Shown here piece by piece: positions 16,300-18,255 of a DNA stretch of 18,255 bases. Source of the stretch: a virus; the UHGV virus genome UHGV-0073224; one strand, 5' to 3'. Each line of letters opens with the position of its first letter. Position 1 is the stretch's first letter. Made by a program: the position numbers and the translations under genes. Under the pieces are notes generated by a model that saw only the letters and a list, made by a program, of their open reading frames with translations, was not told where the DNA came from and made no database searches.

Positions 16300-16732
16300 C
16301 GGAATTGCTCTGATAAAAAAATTTGAAGGTTGTCGGCTGACTGCTTACCCCGACCCCGGAACGGGAGATGCGCCGTGGACCATCGGCTATGGCTGGACCC
16401 ATCCGGTTGACGGAAAGCCAGTAAAGCGCGGTATGACTATCGACCAGCAAACCGCTGACAGGCTTCTGAAAACAGGGCTTGTTGGTTATGAGAATGACGT
16501 GCTGAAAGTTGTCAGGGTGAAGCTGACACAAGGCCAGTTCGATGCCCTGGTGTCGTTCACGTATAACCTCGGTGCGCGGTCATTGTCGACATCGACTCTC
16601 CTGCGAAAACTCAACGCCGGAGATTACGCTGGTGCAGCCGATGAGTTCCTGCGCTGGAATAAAGCTGGTGGGAAGGTGCTGAATGGGCTGACACGTCGGC
16701 GGGAGGCAGAGCGAGCTCTGTTCCTGTCATGA
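16283..16732 (+). CDS. R: endolysin, T4/P22-type lysozyme (GH24 family)
   Basis: Track ORF 16256..16732; ATG at 16283; ...[23 protein letters not shown]... catalytic region and C-terminus ...[12 protein letters not shown] resemble P22 gp19. Confidence 0.9.
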   Translation: MQTSPDGIALIKKFEGCRLTAYPDPGTGDAPWTIGYGWTHPVDGKPVKRGMTIDQQTADRLLKTGLVGYENDVLKVVRVKLTQGQFDALVSFTYNLGARSLSTSTLLRKLNAGDYAGAADEFLRWNKAGGKVLNGLTRRREAERALFLS

Positions 16733-17196
16733 TTAGCGCACTGGTTAAGCGTTACTGGCTGCAGTTGCTGGTGCTGGCGTTAATCGGCGCACTGGCTTTC
16801 TTCGTGAACCACTACCGCGACAACGCCATCACTTACAGAGACCAGCGCGATAAGGCCACTGAGAAACTCCTCCTGGCGACCGCCACCATTAAAGACATGC
16901 AGACCCGCCAGCGTGATGTCGCTGCACTGGATGCCAAATACACCGGAGAACTGGCTGATGCGAAAGAAACCATTGAGCGTCTGCATAGCGATGTCATTGC
17001 TGGCCGTAAGCGGCTGCAAGTCGCCGCCACCTGTGCAAAGTCAACGACCGGAGCCAGCAGCATGGGCGATGGAGAAAGCCCAGGACTTACAGCAGATGCT
17101 GAACTCAATTATTACCGTCTCCGAAGTGGAATCGACAGGATAACCGCGCAGGTTAACTACCTGCAGGAATACATCAGGACGCAATGCCTTCGATGA
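16729..17196 (+). CDS. Rz: Rz i-spanin
   Basis: Track ORF 155 aa; N-terminal TM segment then ...[18 protein letters not shown]...[20 protein letters not shown]... matching recalled lambda Rz. Confidence 0.85.
   Translation: MISALVKRYWLQLLVLALIGALAFFVNHYRDNAITYRDQRDKATEKLLLATATIKDMQTRQRDVAALDAKYTGELADAKETIERLHSDVIAGRKRLQVAATCAKSTTGASSMGDGESPGLTADAELNYYRLRSGIDRITAQVNYLQEYIRTQCLR
16958..17143 (+). CDS. Rz1: Rz1 o-spanin lipoprotein, embedded in Rz in the +1 frame
   Basis: Internal ATG of track ORF 16913..17143; [36 protein letters not shown]... has a lipoprotein signal with lipobox Cys and a Pro-rich mature part. Confidence 0.75.
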   Translation: MRKKPLSVCIAMSLLAVSGCKSPPPVQSQRPEPAAWAMEKAQDLQQMLNSIITVSEVESTG

Positions 17197-17463
17197 TAGC
17201 GATAATTTTACTCATCATCCTTCACATCAGGCCCTGTAGACAGAGTGGTGATTACTTCTGGAGTGGATTCAGATTAAACATCTCATTGCTAATGTTTGAG
17301 GTTAAGCATCTGGCGCGCGGTAAGTGGTTGCGTTGAAATAAGAGCCAGTCCATTACAAATTTCATCAAGCGTTATTGGTAAGGGTGATAATTATGAGATA
17401 CCTCTTCACTAAGAGTAATCTTAAGGGTAATGTGTAACCTCACTTTTTAATACGGAGGTTGTA

Positions 17464-17688
17464 ATGTTAGAGAATTATTTCCCTTCAGGAATAGGTGCTC
17501 AGCCTGTAACTCAAGCTCAAAAACAGAGGGTTATAGCTGTTCAAGCTGCCCTTGAATTAGTTAAGGCCTCACTTTCTTCTGCAGGTGGTCAGGCTACAAG
17601 TGCAAAATTTGAACAGGAATTAAAAGCAGCTATTGGCTTAATTGAACCATTAGCCGATGCCATTCAGAAAGCAATCAGCAAAGAATAA
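17464..17688 (+). CDS. hypothetical small protein (74 aa) in a moron-like position after the lysis genes
   Basis: Track ORF; strong RBS ACGGAGGTTGTA before the ATG; about 260 bp non-coding upstream and an intrinsic terminator downstream; Ala/Gln-rich, probably helical, no signal peptide. Confidence 0.5.
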   Translation: MLENYFPSGIGAQPVTQAQKQRVIAVQAALELVKASLSSAGGQATSAKFEQELKAAIGLIEPLADAIQKAISKE

Positions 17689-17794
17689 ATAAACCACCTG
17701 CATTTTGTTTTATTTCCCAACTAACGGGTGTAATAATCTTAATGTTTCCCGTGGATAGATAAGACAATAAGTATTCACCTTCAAGATATAAACG

Positions 17795-17821
17795 AGCCTC
17801 GCTAATGCGAGGCTTTTTTAC
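17795..17821 (+). terminator. intrinsic terminator
   Basis: AGCCTCGC-TAAT-GCGAGGCT (8-bp stem) followed by TTTTTTA. Confidence 0.55.
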
Positions 17822-17854
17822 GCATTGTAAGCGTGCACCAAAGAGGGGATATAA

Positions 17855-18205
17855 ATGCCACCACGAACCCCAAAAGCCTGCCGTTTTCGCGGTTGCCGCA
17901 ATACCACGACTGATCCGTCAGGCTATTGCGAAAGCCACAAAAGCGAGGGCTGGAAGCAATACAAGCCAGGACAATCCCGTCATCAGCGCGGTTATGGTTC
18001 GAAGTGGGACAGTATCCGCGCGGGTGTCCTGAAGCGTGACAAAGGCCTGTGTCAGTTATGTCTGCGTGCTGGTGTGGTGCGTGAGGCGAAAACCGTTGAC
18101 CACATCATCCCTAAAGCGCATGGCGGCACTGATGCCGACTGTAATCTGCAGAGTCTGTGCTGGCCGTGTCATAAGGCGAAGACGGCCCGTGAACGACTTA
18201 AGTGA
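17855..18205 (+). CDS. HNH endonuclease (packaging-associated type that precedes terminase genes)
   Basis: Track ORF 116 aa; Cys-rich N-terminus plus HNH motif ...VDHIIPKAHGGTDADCNLQSLCWPCHKAK...; AGAGGGGAT RBS. Confidence 0.8.
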   Translation: MPPRTPKACRFRGCRNTTTDPSGYCESHKSEGWKQYKPGQSRHQRGYGSKWDSIRAGVLKRDKGLCQLCLRAGVVREAKTVDHIIPKAHGGTDADCNLQSLCWPCHKAKTARERLK

Positions 18206-18255
18206 TAATAATTCTCAACTGTCTGAGGGGAGGGGCGGGTCAAATCTCTGTGACC

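Overview
This window reads as a lambdoid temperate phage or prophage segment of an enterobacterial host, oriented with the early-left (pL) operon on the minus strand and the early-right and late genes on the plus strand. All calls come from reading the sequence and the supplied ORF track, with protein identities from recalled family motifs; no searches were run, and coordinates for features not on the track may be off by 1-2 nt. Left arm (minus strand, 7052 down to 50): N antiterminator, a small Cys/Trp-rich ORF, a two-TM membrane protein, two duplicated terminator-RBS-gene modules with paralogous small proteins, an EAK-rich coiled-coil protein, cIII, kil, small coupled ORFs, Erf recombinase, an SSB-like protein and two Ea22-family proteins (one carrying HNH and AP2-like domains). 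Centre: a phage-434-type immunity region (cI, three OR operators, cro) flanked by lambda-type nutL and nutR, with a signal-peptide protein translationally coupled to cI where lambda carries rexAB. Right arm (plus strand): cII-like gene, a T5orf172 (GIY-YIG-like) moron, O-type initiator with internal iterons, DnaC-type helicase loader, ren and nin-region genes (NinB, NinE, NinF, Roi-like antirepressor, DUF1364, RusA, NinH), antiterminator Q, two tRNA-like genes, a lysis cassette (S, R, Rz with embedded Rz1), a small moron and an HNH endonuclease. The best candidates for undescribed accessory or exclusion functions are the cI-coupled secreted protein, the N-to-cIII interval with its duplicated modules, and the T5orf172 gene between cII and O.
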